A stretch of DNA of 64,000 nucleotides from Candidatus Bathyarchaeota archaeon (GTDB taxonomy: Archaea > Thermoproteota > Bathyarchaeia > Bathyarchaeales > Bathycorpusculaceae): assembly GCA_963826715.1 (NCBI GenBank), contig CAWGYA010000008.1, positions 1,024,001 to 1,088,000 on the forward strand, written 5' to 3'. The position numbers and the translations under genes were made by a program. This document shows, in pieces, positions 41,706 to 51,107 of the stretch. Every line of letters starts with the position of its first letter. The stretch's first letter is position 1. The notes beneath the pieces are model-generated. The model saw only the letters and a list, made by a program, of their open reading frames with translations. It was not told where the DNA came from and ran no database searches.

Positions 41706-42126
41706 CCATTAACGCCTCCAAGTTCATTGTTTTAGTCTCGTTTTCTACACTGCTTCTTGCCAGTTTGACATATTTTTCAAAGGTTATGTCTGGAACAAGC
41801 CATTTTGGTCCAACCCACTTGTAACTGCGTTTTACTCGTTGGTTTAGGCACTTTATTATTAAAAGTTCAACTTGTCTCGCTGCTTGACCAAAAATTCTGT
41901 CTAGGGCATCAGAGAAATCGTCTATGCGGTCGGGTATGTCCTGTTTTGAAAGGGTAAATTTGGTTTCAAGATGAAAATAAAGCGATAACTGTACATTTGC
42001 CCCTAAGCTTGCGAAGGCATCATCTATGGAGTCTAGCAATATCCCTGTGAACTTTTGGTCAGCTTTCGTTTTAGCCAAATATTTCATCTCAAACTTTGCC
42101 ATAGCGTTTTTTTTCTTACTTTTCAC
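41674..42126 (-). CDS. NitrOD5/DUF3227-like archaeal signalling-associated protein
   Basis: LLDSIDDAF..LG......YFHL......IP.RI..F..AL..IFG..A pattern; overlaps the kinase start. Confidence 0.6.
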   Translation of the reverse strand: MKSKKKNAMAKFEMKYLAKTKADQKFTGILLDSIDDAFASLGANVQLSLYFHLETKFTLSKQDIPDRIDDFSDALDRIFGQAARQVELLIIKCLNQRVKRSYKWVGPKWLVPDITFEKYVKLARSSVENETKTMNLEALMDDGEKPEQET

Positions 42127-42324
42127 TACGGTTAAGGTGCTGAAATGAAAGTAAAGCCTTATGAATCATTAATCATGCTTTTCAATCAACTACTGTATGG
42201 CTAAGGTGTTTCCATGGAAAAAGTAAATGGGACAAGTAAGTTAATTTAATAATGTAAGACACTCTTTTAGTCATTTACTTATTCTTGGTTCTCTGTCGTT
42301 TTTTCCTATATACTCAGGTGCGAT

Positions 42325-42338
42325 AGTATAAGCTTTTA
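42325..42338 (+). repeat. candidate attL (AGTATAAGCTTTTA)
   Basis: Identical to 52940-52953. Confidence 0.45.
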
Positions 42339-42895
42339 ATAGCTCGAAGCTGGAAACATCTCCCGCAAAATTCCATTTTTTTCTTTCAAAATAATTTCAC
42401 CCAACAATAATTGTTGAATACAGAAAACTAAATTCTGACATCGGACTCTGCCCAGAGTGGATAGTGGTCAGAAATGCGATACGACAGTTGATTTTTGTGA
42501 GGTTTATGGATGATATAGTGTAAGGTACGAAGTCAAAAATGCCACCCGTAATGTACTTCAAGGTAAGGTAGGAATTCTTTTTTCTGAGTAAACCAAGCGA
42601 TTTGATCGTAAAAATGGTTCAGGTCTGGCTTGAGAGGAAGCAGTTAGCACATTCATTCTTTGTACTCTGCATGTTAAATATGGTCGGACCGCAGGAATGC
42701 ATACCTGACTTGAAGACCATTGCCGAGTGTCTTCACGATTGGGCAAAAGAACTACCGTTAATGGGTGCCCTTGTTGAGTTGATAAAAAAAATGGCAAATT
42801 TCGCCCTAACAATATTTATTCAAAGCGCATTCTTTAAGCAAATTTGTTCAAAGCTCTTATAAACACTCAAGACATAATACTCTTGGTGTGTTAAA

Positions 42896-43150
42896 TTGTC
42901 TAGTTTTGATGAAGAAATCAAAAAACAAAAAAGAATGACCACGCAACTAGCCGTCGACGAAGTAAATAATTGGATTAAAACTATGCCAGTCGAGAAAAGA
43001 AAACAAGTTGTAGCTGCTGTAGGAACAAGATCATTTACCCCCGAACAATTAGCCAAGGAAATACAAGACGAAACCGAATACGGCAAGAAACTTGTAACAA
43101 TGATTAACCGACTCCGAATTGAAATCACAAAAAAACCGGAGGAACAATGA
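42896..43150 (+). CDS. small hypothetical protein, partner of the downstream protease
   Basis: 84 aa with G..SFT.EQL..EI...T..GK pattern; stop codon 1 nt before the next ATG. Confidence 0.7.
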   Translation: MSSFDEEIKKQKRMTTQLAVDEVNNWIKTMPVEKRKQVVAAVGTRSFTPEQLAKEIQDETEYGKKLVTMINRLRIEITKKPEEQ

Positions 43151-43151
43151 T

Positions 43152-43955
43152 ATGTCAGCTAAAAATCTGAGAAGAGTTGTTGCGAAACCAGTTTTGGCAA
43201 CTTCAACTGCGAAAGTCTCCGTAGCTAACCCCAACTTATTGCTTTCAGACAAGCTGATAATTAGCAAACTGAAACTTTGGTGGACAACCAAAAACTTGCT
43301 TATAATTCGCCCAAAATTCCCAAACGACGGTTACACCGGCAGTTTCTCGTTCCAAGCCTGTGAATTAGTTAAAAATAAAGCCATCGCAGAAGGATGGACC
43401 GTTACAGACTTGCAGATAAACAATGCTAACCGAGCTAATGTAACTCAAACAATCAATACTAAACCATTTGACTTCGTAATCCACTACGACCACGGCGGAG
43501 ACTTCGTTATGTGCGGACAAAACAACAATCAATTCGAAAACGCAATCGACAATAATAACGTGGATCTGCTCAAAGGCAAAGCAGCAAGCACTGTTTCATG
43601 TGATACTGCGATAGGACTGGGACCTTTAGCTGTAACTTCAGGTGCACGAGCCTACTTGGGCTATCATGATTTGCACTGGGTTTATTTTGCTTGGACAGGA
43701 CAATTTACTGAAGCATCAAACGCAGCAAACTACGCATTACTGGAAGGCAAAACCTTCCAAGACGCATTCAACATAGCATACAATGTATACACACAAAAAT
43801 ACCAGCAGATTCTCAATGGAGGCGACACACTTGCGGCATCAGCCATGCTGCATAACAGAAATTGCTTAACCCTGCTTGGCGACCCAAACGCAAAGGCAAT
43901 CGGCAGACACTCAATTTTCGAATTAATAAAACCAATTGCAATAACTAATCCATAA
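43152..43955 (+). CDS. clan CD (C25 gingipain/caspase-fold) cysteine peptidase-like protein
   Basis: Hydrophobic strand + DHGG, hydrophobic strand + SC, GA.AYLGY, and LLGDP C-terminal motif. Confidence 0.7.
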   Translation: MSAKNLRRVVAKPVLATSTAKVSVANPNLLLSDKLIISKLKLWWTTKNLLIIRPKFPNDGYTGSFSFQACELVKNKAIAEGWTVTDLQINNANRANVTQTINTKPFDFVIHYDHGGDFVMCGQNNNQFENAIDNNNVDLLKGKAASTVSCDTAIGLGPLAVTSGARAYLGYHDLHWVYFAWTGQFTEASNAANYALLEGKTFQDAFNIAYNVYTQKYQQILNGGDTLAASAMLHNRNCLTLLGDPNAKAIGRHSIFELIKPIAITNP

Positions 43956-44093
43956 AACTCCACCATATCACCTTCTTTTTTTATTAAAAAAGGCACTGCC
44001 AGACTTTGAGTTTAATTCTCAAAATTAATTAAGTATTAAAAAACAAAAAAAGAAAGTATAGGATAAACTACTGACTTTGATTTTAAGCGGGTG

Positions 44094-46091
44094 TTAAGGT
44101 GTTAAAGCGAAGGCTATGGCGCGTGAAGCGTCGTATTGACTTTGACGTGAAAATCCATTGATTGCCCGTGCTGCAACGTACAAGTGAACGGCAAAAGCGG
44201 CGCTTGGACATGTTCCCAGAAGGTTCGCAACGGTGTCTTTATAGATGAACGCAGAAACTGCTACAGCCCCTGAAGTGCTATAGACACCGTTTGGTCCTTT
44301 GATGATTCCAAAAGAGTAGTCTGCCATGAGCGTTGAATGAGAAGCAACATAGACTATCTGAACAAAATCGTTTTTATTATTGAATTTAAGCATTCCACAT
44401 TGGTTCGCTGCCACGCCTGCAACAGTTGGCATGTCTATTGAAGCAACACATTTGTTATTGTCGACTAGAATTTTTAGAGATTTAGTCTGCAAAACCACGC
44501 CAACTGCATTGGTGAAGTCAATTTTGATCGTGTGCAAGCCATTAGTTAATGATGCACTATCCAATATCATGCCCAAGTCAGTGTTCATGAAAAAGTCGCC
44601 TAACTGATGGATTGCAAAGTACCCCGGTTGATTATTTATGACGCTGGGGATAAAATGAATTGGGATTTCATATTTGCCATTGATTGTGTTTAGCTTAAGA
44701 TCCCACCATGTATCAAATCGCAAAGTGCCATCGACAAATACACGATAGAGACGCACTCCGCTTTGCCAGGATAACAGTTGATTGATTTGCAGCGATAGAA
44801 CGCCTCCGAATGGAACGTTCTTGGCAAATTGGTAAGGGTACACTGGTTGTGTTGTTGTATCAACTTTTCCGGCCGCATTAACAAGGTTCCACGGTACTAA
44901 GCCTATTCCCTTGAAGAGTCCGGAAGAGACAAATCCACCTAGAATGTTAATGAGGTCAATTTCCCGGTCTGAACAAATCAATATATGCATGGTGTCAATG
45001 CAAGCGACGCTTGAAGGACGAACTCCGACGGTGTCGGGCAGATGCCGAACACTACCGGGGCGAGGCATCGTGTCCACCAATGTTATGCGGTTTGCGGGGT
45101 CTCGTTCAGGCAAGATGATGGTTGTTTGTGCAGAGTCTAGCCATGTTAGGAAGAAAGGATTAGTCAACCCTGACGCAATTGTTATAGGAACTCCGCCTTG
45201 CAGTGAATACCGAGTGATTCGGCCGCCACCTGACTGCTCACTTATGTAAGCGAAGGATAGGTCCGAAGACACTAACAACCCAACTGGATTGTTTAGTCCG
45301 TTTAGTAGAACGGTTTTTTGTAGAGTATTCAAGTCTACTCTTATGAGTCTCCCTGGATTTGAGTATTCTACAACATATGCCTGATGATGAGTCTCATCAA
45401 GGAATATTTGCTGAGGCGCTACCAACCCTGAGGCTAAGACAACTGCGGCTGGACGGTTAGCGTTTGTTAAGTCTACTCTGAGCAAATTTCCTATGCGCTC
45501 TGTTACGTAGGCGGTTTTCTCGTCGCTGCTTATGGCGATGTCTTCTGGGTTAGCATAACCTGTTCCAATTGTGTGATACGGACTTGCAAGTTTATAGGTG
45601 ACCCACTCAATGGTTATATCGTATCCGTATTGGACGACCCGAATTTTTGCGACGTTTCCATCTTTAGTTTTAACTGCAAAAACATCGTTATTAACAAGCT
45701 GATTTGATGCGTCGTTGTTGCCTATGATTGAAGTATTACTATAAGTCAAGGCCTGCAACGCTACGGGAGTTAAAGTGGCAAAGTTAATGTTTCCTAAATT
45801 GATGATGTTAGCTCCGCCGGCTGGAACCATCTTCCTATTAACTTGGTCGATTTGTTCCCACCAAATATCGCCCGGACCGTTCAAGTTCCCACTTAAGGTC
45901 CCTGTCTCACAGTCAAACACCCATGTACCTTTCAACACGGTAGTTCCTGAAGATAAAACTGAACTAGGACGAATCATGTCCAAGAGACTGACTGTGCCTT
46001 TGGAGTATTCTACAAATAATAGTTGATTTCGTTTAGAAAGAAAACGGCACCCAATAGCAGCGCCCACTCCACTCATCAATTTAGTTGTCAT
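44094..46091 (-). CDS. large beta-propeller (NHL-like repeat) protein with extra beta-rich domains
   Basis: Repeats G(Y/L)xxP..I......AYV.E...G.L.RVDL; no obvious signal peptide. Confidence 0.7.
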   Translation of the reverse strand: MTTKLMSGVGAAIGCRFLSKRNQLLFVEYSKGTVSLLDMIRPSSVLSSGTTVLKGTWVFDCETGTLSGNLNGPGDIWWEQIDQVNRKMVPAGGANIINLGNINFATLTPVALQALTYSNTSIIGNNDASNQLVNNDVFAVKTKDGNVAKIRVVQYGYDITIEWVTYKLASPYHTIGTGYANPEDIAISSDEKTAYVTERIGNLLRVDLTNANRPAAVVLASGLVAPQQIFLDETHHQAYVVEYSNPGRLIRVDLNTLQKTVLLNGLNNPVGLLVSSDLSFAYISEQSGGGRITRYSLQGGVPITIASGLTNPFFLTWLDSAQTTIILPERDPANRITLVDTMPRPGSVRHLPDTVGVRPSSVACIDTMHILICSDREIDLINILGGFVSSGLFKGIGLVPWNLVNAAGKVDTTTQPVYPYQFAKNVPFGGVLSLQINQLLSWQSGVRLYRVFVDGTLRFDTWWDLKLNTINGKYEIPIHFIPSVINNQPGYFAIHQLGDFFMNTDLGMILDSASLTNGLHTIKIDFTNAVGVVLQTKSLKILVDNNKCVASIDMPTVAGVAANQCGMLKFNNKNDFVQIVYVASHSTLMADYSFGIIKGPNGVYSTSGAVAVSAFIYKDTVANLLGTCPSAAFAVHLYVAARAINGFSRQSQYDASRAIAFALTP

Positions 46092-46316
46092 AAATAAAAC
46101 CTCTAACTAATGCCATAGCTCACCCAAATAGTTAAGTCTTTTTACTCCATACACCAACAAAAATCAGATTCATTTTCTCCTAGATTCCCAAATTACCTTC
46201 ATTTAAAAACTACAAGATAACATAGCGTTTAGCCAGTTAAAATCGATCTAAATAAACAAAAAATGTGGTGTATAGATGTGTGTGAAGGAAAGTTTCAATT
46301 TAGGGGGTAGAAAAAG

Positions 46317-46709
46317 TTGGAATTTGTCACTCGACACTTAGAATTGTTAAAGCTCGAAGGATTAGGCTTTTCTCAAGCCGAGATTGTGAAGGAATTGAGA
46401 CAAAAATTCACATGTACTGAACGTGCAGTTTACTATGATTTTGAACCCCGTGCAGTTTGGCAGCCTGCTCTTCAGAGCTTAATTAATCCTGACGCCGTCT
46501 TGCTAAAGGTGGTCAATAGATATGAGCAGATTTATCGTGAAGCCAGCATTCGACTGCTTACCTTCCAAAACGTGTTGGGACAGCTTGGTGCATTGAATAT
46601 CATGCTAAAGGTTAATTCGCTTTTGGATGAAACGGCTGTTTCGCCGGAAGTGCTTGGTCGCTTAAAGCAGTTAGAAGATAAATCGAAGAAAGGAGTATTT
46701 GTACCTTGA
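46317..46709 (+). CDS. HTH-containing mobile-element protein
   Basis: LELLKL..LGFSQAEIV.EL......ERAVYYD helix-turn-helix pattern. Confidence 0.55.
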   Translation: MEFVTRHLELLKLEGLGFSQAEIVKELRQKFTCTERAVYYDFEPRAVWQPALQSLINPDAVLLKVVNRYEQIYREASIRLLTFQNVLGQLGALNIMLKVNSLLDETAVSPEVLGRLKQLEDKSKKGVFVP

Positions 46710-46998
46710 AGATATGGCAACTAAACAAGCGAATAAACAAACTTTCAGGGTAATTAGCAGATTCTCCAAAGACTGAAACAACTATCGATTGGAATTGCCT
46801 GAGCGAACCCGAACGTCAACTCTTGACAAAAGTTGAAGAAATAATCAACCAGTATGCCCCTGCACAACCACCAAAAGACATCATCAAAAAGTACGCTGAT
46901 CTTGGAACAAGGGCTTGGAGATATTTGGTAGACGCGCAATTGAACTCTTTGTCGATGTTGTACTAGACTATTTTTGTTGTGATGAGCTTGAAGCGTGG
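46706..46998 (+). pseudogene. disrupted hypothetical gene of the element
   Basis: Reads MKIWQLNKRINKLSG*LADSPKTETTIDW... with an in-frame TAA and a later frameshift; truncated. Confidence 0.5.
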
Positions 46999-47001
46999 TG
47001 C

Positions 47002-47435
47002 CAAATCAATCGGTGCGGCAAATGTCTATGGACACTGTTTCGGCAATATCATTACTAAACAGTAGTTTAGGTGCAGGGATCAGATGCTATGTTGCTATCT
47101 ACCAAAATAAGCCAATAGCCTTCATAGCCGTAGCCTGCACCAAAATAAAAACAAATATTATCGCGTAAGCCGGTTAGTAGTTCTCCCCGACTATCAAGGC
47201 ATAGGCGTCGGAAAACGTCTCCTCAACTTTATAGCAGACCTATACTGCACACAGACCAAATTATCCTTCCTACTAGTCACAAGCAACCCCCAACTTACAC
47301 GAGGAACTCGAAGGATGGAAACTAACTCGATTTGGTCATGCAAGCAGAGGCAGAGGAAACACACGGATAAATAATGAGATCCGAAATAGCTTAAGTCGAA
47401 AACGCATAACCGTTTCCCTGCAATGTATTCTGTAA
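47002..47435 (+). pseudogene. GNAT acetyltransferase pseudogene, copy 1
   Basis: LWTLFRQYHY...YYRVSRLVVLPDYQGIGVGKRLL (acetyl-CoA motif) with several frameshifts. Confidence 0.75.
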
Positions 47436-47820
47436 TTTCTGGTCTATTTTCATGTAGGTGACGATGGTAACATGCGTTGTGTGTTCCCTCTTTTCTTTAA
47501 AACGATTACTGCTATGACGATGACTACAACAAAGGCAACAACTGTTATCGCATAGGTATTCGGTTGGCGTGAATAAGGTTCCGGGGCTGACATTTACTCA
47601 AACTATTTTCTTCAAATCATTGACCTTAATAGAAATGACGATCCGAGAAAAAATGTGCATTCACGAATTAAACAGCGAGGACTTGTGCAGAAAACCTTTT
47701 TTCAGTTTAAATTACGAGAATTCAAGCAATACCCTGAGAGCCCAGTATATTAAAAATTAATATATAATATGCTGTATTGTTAAGTATGATTCGGGTTACA
47801 CAAAAATGGAGGTGATGTTT

Positions 47821-48066
47821 TTGGCAGAAGAAGAGAAAATTTCAACATCAATTAAGATGCTTTCTGAAATTCAAAGATTGGCTAAAGATGCAAAGGCTAA
47901 ATCAGTAACTGTGGAGCTCCATAATTTTGAAGGCCAACCATTCAAAGTTGTAACAAGACCAGGTGGATTAGTCGCTGATTGGGGCGTGGGCGGAGTAAAC
48001 AGCATTAACTTAGGCGAAAAAGTCGTTAGACCAGCAACTAAAATCAAGCGCGTTATAGGAAGATAA
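47821..48066 (+). CDS. putative RiPP precursor peptide (81 aa)
   Basis: GGAGGTGA SD before TTG at 47821; AT-rich TATA-like region upstream; immediately upstream of the rSAM/SPASM gene; contains PGGLVADWGVGG. Confidence 0.6.
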   Translation: MAEEEKISTSIKMLSEIQRLAKDAKAKSVTVELHNFEGQPFKVVTRPGGLVADWGVGGVNSINLGEKVVRPATKIKRVIGR

Positions 48067-48152
48067 AACATAAACAGAGCACAACCTATTAGAAAAAAAA
48101 CGTTTTCCCCTTTTTCCTAATAATTCTCTTAAAAGAACTTGATTAAGATAAA

Positions 48153-49472
48153 ATGAAAAACGAGAATAGTACGGCTATGCAAATGGTTAAGCTTGACCCA
48201 AAAATAATAGTTCGAGAAGAATCACAGTGCTATCTTCTCTACAACGGCCAGAACCTTGGATTGATAAGTGTATCAAAAGAAGCTTATGATAGATGCATCA
48301 TACAAAATAGGTGTGGAAACGAAGATAATAAATTTCGGAATTGGCTTTTCAAAAATAATTTCCTAACTGAAAAACCCATTAGCCACACTAAAGAACATAA
48401 AAATCAACTCGGCGATGATGTTCCTCAAACAGCCTCAACTTTTTACGATATAAAAAGCGAGCGAAGCCCGCTCAACATTTTATGGGCTCTTTCACCCAAA
48501 TGCAATCTTAGCTGCATCTATTGCTTTCCTGATGCTAAATCACACAAATCAAAAGAAAATAACATTACAAAAAAGAAATTGAAAAAAATCGCAGATAAAA
48601 TAATTGAAGCAAAAACGTTAAAAATCACACTCACAGGCGGCGAATGCCTGTTATTAAAAGACTTATGGGATATAATTAAAAAACTAAAAGATGCTGGAAT
48701 AACCGTTGCAATTTTAACCAACGGAATATCTATTCCAAAAGAGGCACTGCAGAAAATTAAGAAGTACGAACTTTTCGTCGGTATTAGCCTTGATGGTCCA
48801 AATGAAGATATTAATAGCTTAACAAGAGGACTTTTTGCTTTTGAAAAAACAATAAATACAATTACTAATTTGTTAGAAAATTTCATACCTACAACAGTTA
48901 TGGTGACCGTAACTCGACACAATTTCTCTGAACTCGAAAAACTCACCGAATTATTATCAAAAATGGGGGTTTTAGCAATCACTCTACAAGATCTGAGACC
49001 ATTTGCAACCAAGGAAGAATATGATAAACTAAGATTAACTGCTTTTCAAGAAAGGAACCTTAAAGACACATTGAATCGTTTAATTACCAACTTTCCAAAA
49101 ATTTTCTTTAGCACCAGCGAGCTAATGATATTTGACAAACAAAATGTAAATGGAAAAATGATGCAGTGCCCTGCAGGTGACAACTTTGCATATATCGACT
49201 TTTATGGCGATTTATTCCCTTGCACGTCTCTTCCAACATTTAAACTTGGTAATCTTCTGGGAAACTATAACATTTCAGAATTATGGCAAAATTCAGTATC
49301 CATAAAAATACTCAGAGATATTAAGAAACTCCCCATAGAAAACCTCCCTGAATGCAAATCATGCCAAAACAAATGTATCTGCGATGGCGGTTGCAGAGGT
49401 GATGCATTATTTTACAACGATAATTTATTTGGATCACCATCTCGTTGCCCAAAAGTATTGAGGAACTTGTGA
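48153..49472 (+). CDS. radical SAM/SPASM peptide maturase-like protein with N-terminal RRE-like region
   Basis: CNLSCIYC, LTGGE, TNG, ISLDG; SPASM CPAG...G.L.PC...CKSC....ICDGGCR.....C; N-terminal VREE...LLYN PqqD-like strands. Confidence 0.88.
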   Translation: MKNENSTAMQMVKLDPKIIVREESQCYLLYNGQNLGLISVSKEAYDRCIIQNRCGNEDNKFRNWLFKNNFLTEKPISHTKEHKNQLGDDVPQTASTFYDIKSERSPLNILWALSPKCNLSCIYCFPDAKSHKSKENNITKKKLKKIADKIIEAKTLKITLTGGECLLLKDLWDIIKKLKDAGITVAILTNGISIPKEALQKIKKYELFVGISLDGPNEDINSLTRGLFAFEKTINTITNLLENFIPTTVMVTVTRHNFSELEKLTELLSKMGVLAITLQDLRPFATKEEYDKLRLTAFQERNLKDTLNRLITNFPKIFFSTSELMIFDKQNVNGKMMQCPAGDNFAYIDFYGDLFPCTSLPTFKLGNLLGNYNISELWQNSVSIKILRDIKKLPIENLPECKSCQNKCICDGGCRGDALFYNDNLFGSPSRCPKVLRNL

Positions 49473-49478
49473 TAGACT

Positions 49479-50483
49479 TTGTTTAGCTCATACATCTTCA
49501 GAGTCACAAACTTATGCGATAAGAGATGCCCAACCTGTTGTTGTGATACAGGCCTTAATGCTATTAACCCTGAGAAATTTAGAAAAAAAATAGTGGAGAT
49601 TTCAGACTTCTTCCACAACAACCCAGACAAAGAATGCTTCATATTCCTAACGGGCGGCGAGCCTTTTTTTTACCGTAGCAAAAATAATAATGGAAAAATT
49701 TTGAATATCGCTGATATTGTTCAACTTATCAAAACGCTCATTCCTGCGTCAAAAATCATAATTAAAACCAGTGGATGGGAGAAGAACGATACGTTGGATA
49801 ATTTAGTTTCTTTGATTGAAAGTAATAGTGAAGCTTCCCCTGTTGAAGTAAGGTTAGGCTTTAACTTATTCCAAAAACTTGGTGTCAATGCCGAAAATAG
49901 ATTAAATCACATGCTATCTTTGCTTTTGAATTTTCAGCCTTCAGTAGTTGTTGAAACGATATACAATAAAGAAAACAAAGAGCAAACACTTAGAATTATT
50001 GGGAAATCTTTATCTAAATTCTCAAAGAATTTCGAGAAATTCGGTAATGCATTGTCAAGTCCCAGCGAAGGCTACATTGTTGATTTTCCTTTTACTATTT
50101 TGACTAAAGACAATTTTGAAAACAAAGGGGCAATTGAAAAAAGAATTAGCCTTTGGACCATGCCAGCGCATTCAGGAAAATCAAAAAAACAGGGCGAAGA
50201 GTATTTTGATTGTAAAAACTCTGGAATTTGCGCTAATATTAAATTTGGGCCCAATCAGATTATGTATAATACGGACTTGTCATTTCACCATTGCAATGAT
50301 GCGTTTGCAGATTTTTCGTATCCTGCATTTGCTTCAAAAAGTGATTGGACAATTGAAGATGAGTTTCTATTTCTTAATAAGAAATTCAGTAAAGTAAGGC
50401 GTTGCATAGATAGAAAAGTGATGTTCTTTAATTCAAAGAATGAGCAATGTATTTTATGCTCAAAATTAATCCATGAAGGCTAA
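49479..50483 (+). CDS. divergent radical SAM protein
   Basis: VTNLCDKRCPTC, LTGGEPF, C-terminal Cys cluster (C..., HHC, CILC); 6 nt after the first rSAM gene. Confidence 0.78.
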   Translation: MFSSYIFRVTNLCDKRCPTCCCDTGLNAINPEKFRKKIVEISDFFHNNPDKECFIFLTGGEPFFYRSKNNNGKILNIADIVQLIKTLIPASKIIIKTSGWEKNDTLDNLVSLIESNSEASPVEVRLGFNLFQKLGVNAENRLNHMLSLLLNFQPSVVVETIYNKENKEQTLRIIGKSLSKFSKNFEKFGNALSSPSEGYIVDFPFTILTKDNFENKGAIEKRISLWTMPAHSGKSKKQGEEYFDCKNSGICANIKFGPNQIMYNTDLSFHHCNDAFADFSYPAFASKSDWTIEDEFLFLNKKFSKVRRCIDRKVMFFNSKNEQCILCSKLIHEG

Positions 50484-50661
50484 CGAAGATCTCCCATAAA
50501 ACCTGAAGTCTCAAGAACATCTTTGAGAAAGAAATGGGGTTTTAAGGAAAAAAGATCTGCTCCAGCTACCCCCGCTGGCTCCTTCAATGCCACACCCCCA
50601 CTGCTCGAAAAGTCAAGGCGGGAAAACTTGGTTGATACTTCATGCTTTGGGCACACCATTC

Positions 50662-50836
50662 CTATGGACGTTGTTTCGGCAGTATCATTATCTAAATGTC
50701 AAACTCGACGCAGGAGTTCGGTGCTACGTTGCCTTCTACCAAAACAAGTCAGTAGCATTCATGGCTGTTGTGTGTACCAAAATGAAAAGAAAATATTATC
50801 GAGTTAGTCGTTTAGTTGTGCAACCTGATTATCAAG
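50662..50836 (+). pseudogene. GNAT acetyltransferase fragment, copy 2
   Basis: LWTLFRQYHYLN...RCYVA.YQNK..AF...YYRVSRLVV.PDYQ, homologous to 47026-47198, truncated at both ends. Confidence 0.75.
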
Positions 50837-51107
50837 AATCCTTCAATATTCAAGCAAGTAATCTTCCATTAGAATTAAATTAAACCATGTGGCAAGTTAC
50901 TCTTTTTATATATTGGCTCTGTTTGGGGCTAAACAAGAATAAACAATGGGCTGAATATTTTAAGGATTGATTAAGGTTGGAAATAGAGCAGCAAACATGA
51001 TTATGGCTAAATAAAAAACCAGTAATCCAAAAAAAGCCGCTTCCATTTGCCTTCTTTGTTTTTGATTGTGTACCCGGAATCAAAAATGATCATTAGAATG
51101 AAAGATA

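Noticed and set aside
42433-42473. Imperfect hairpin TTCTGAC...ACTCTG/CAGAGT...GTCAGAA near the left island edge
   Set aside because: Short and imperfect, no second copy seen; could be chance.
42558-42862. Overlapping short ORFs on both strands
   Set aside because: No motifs or clear translation signals; probably degraded DNA.
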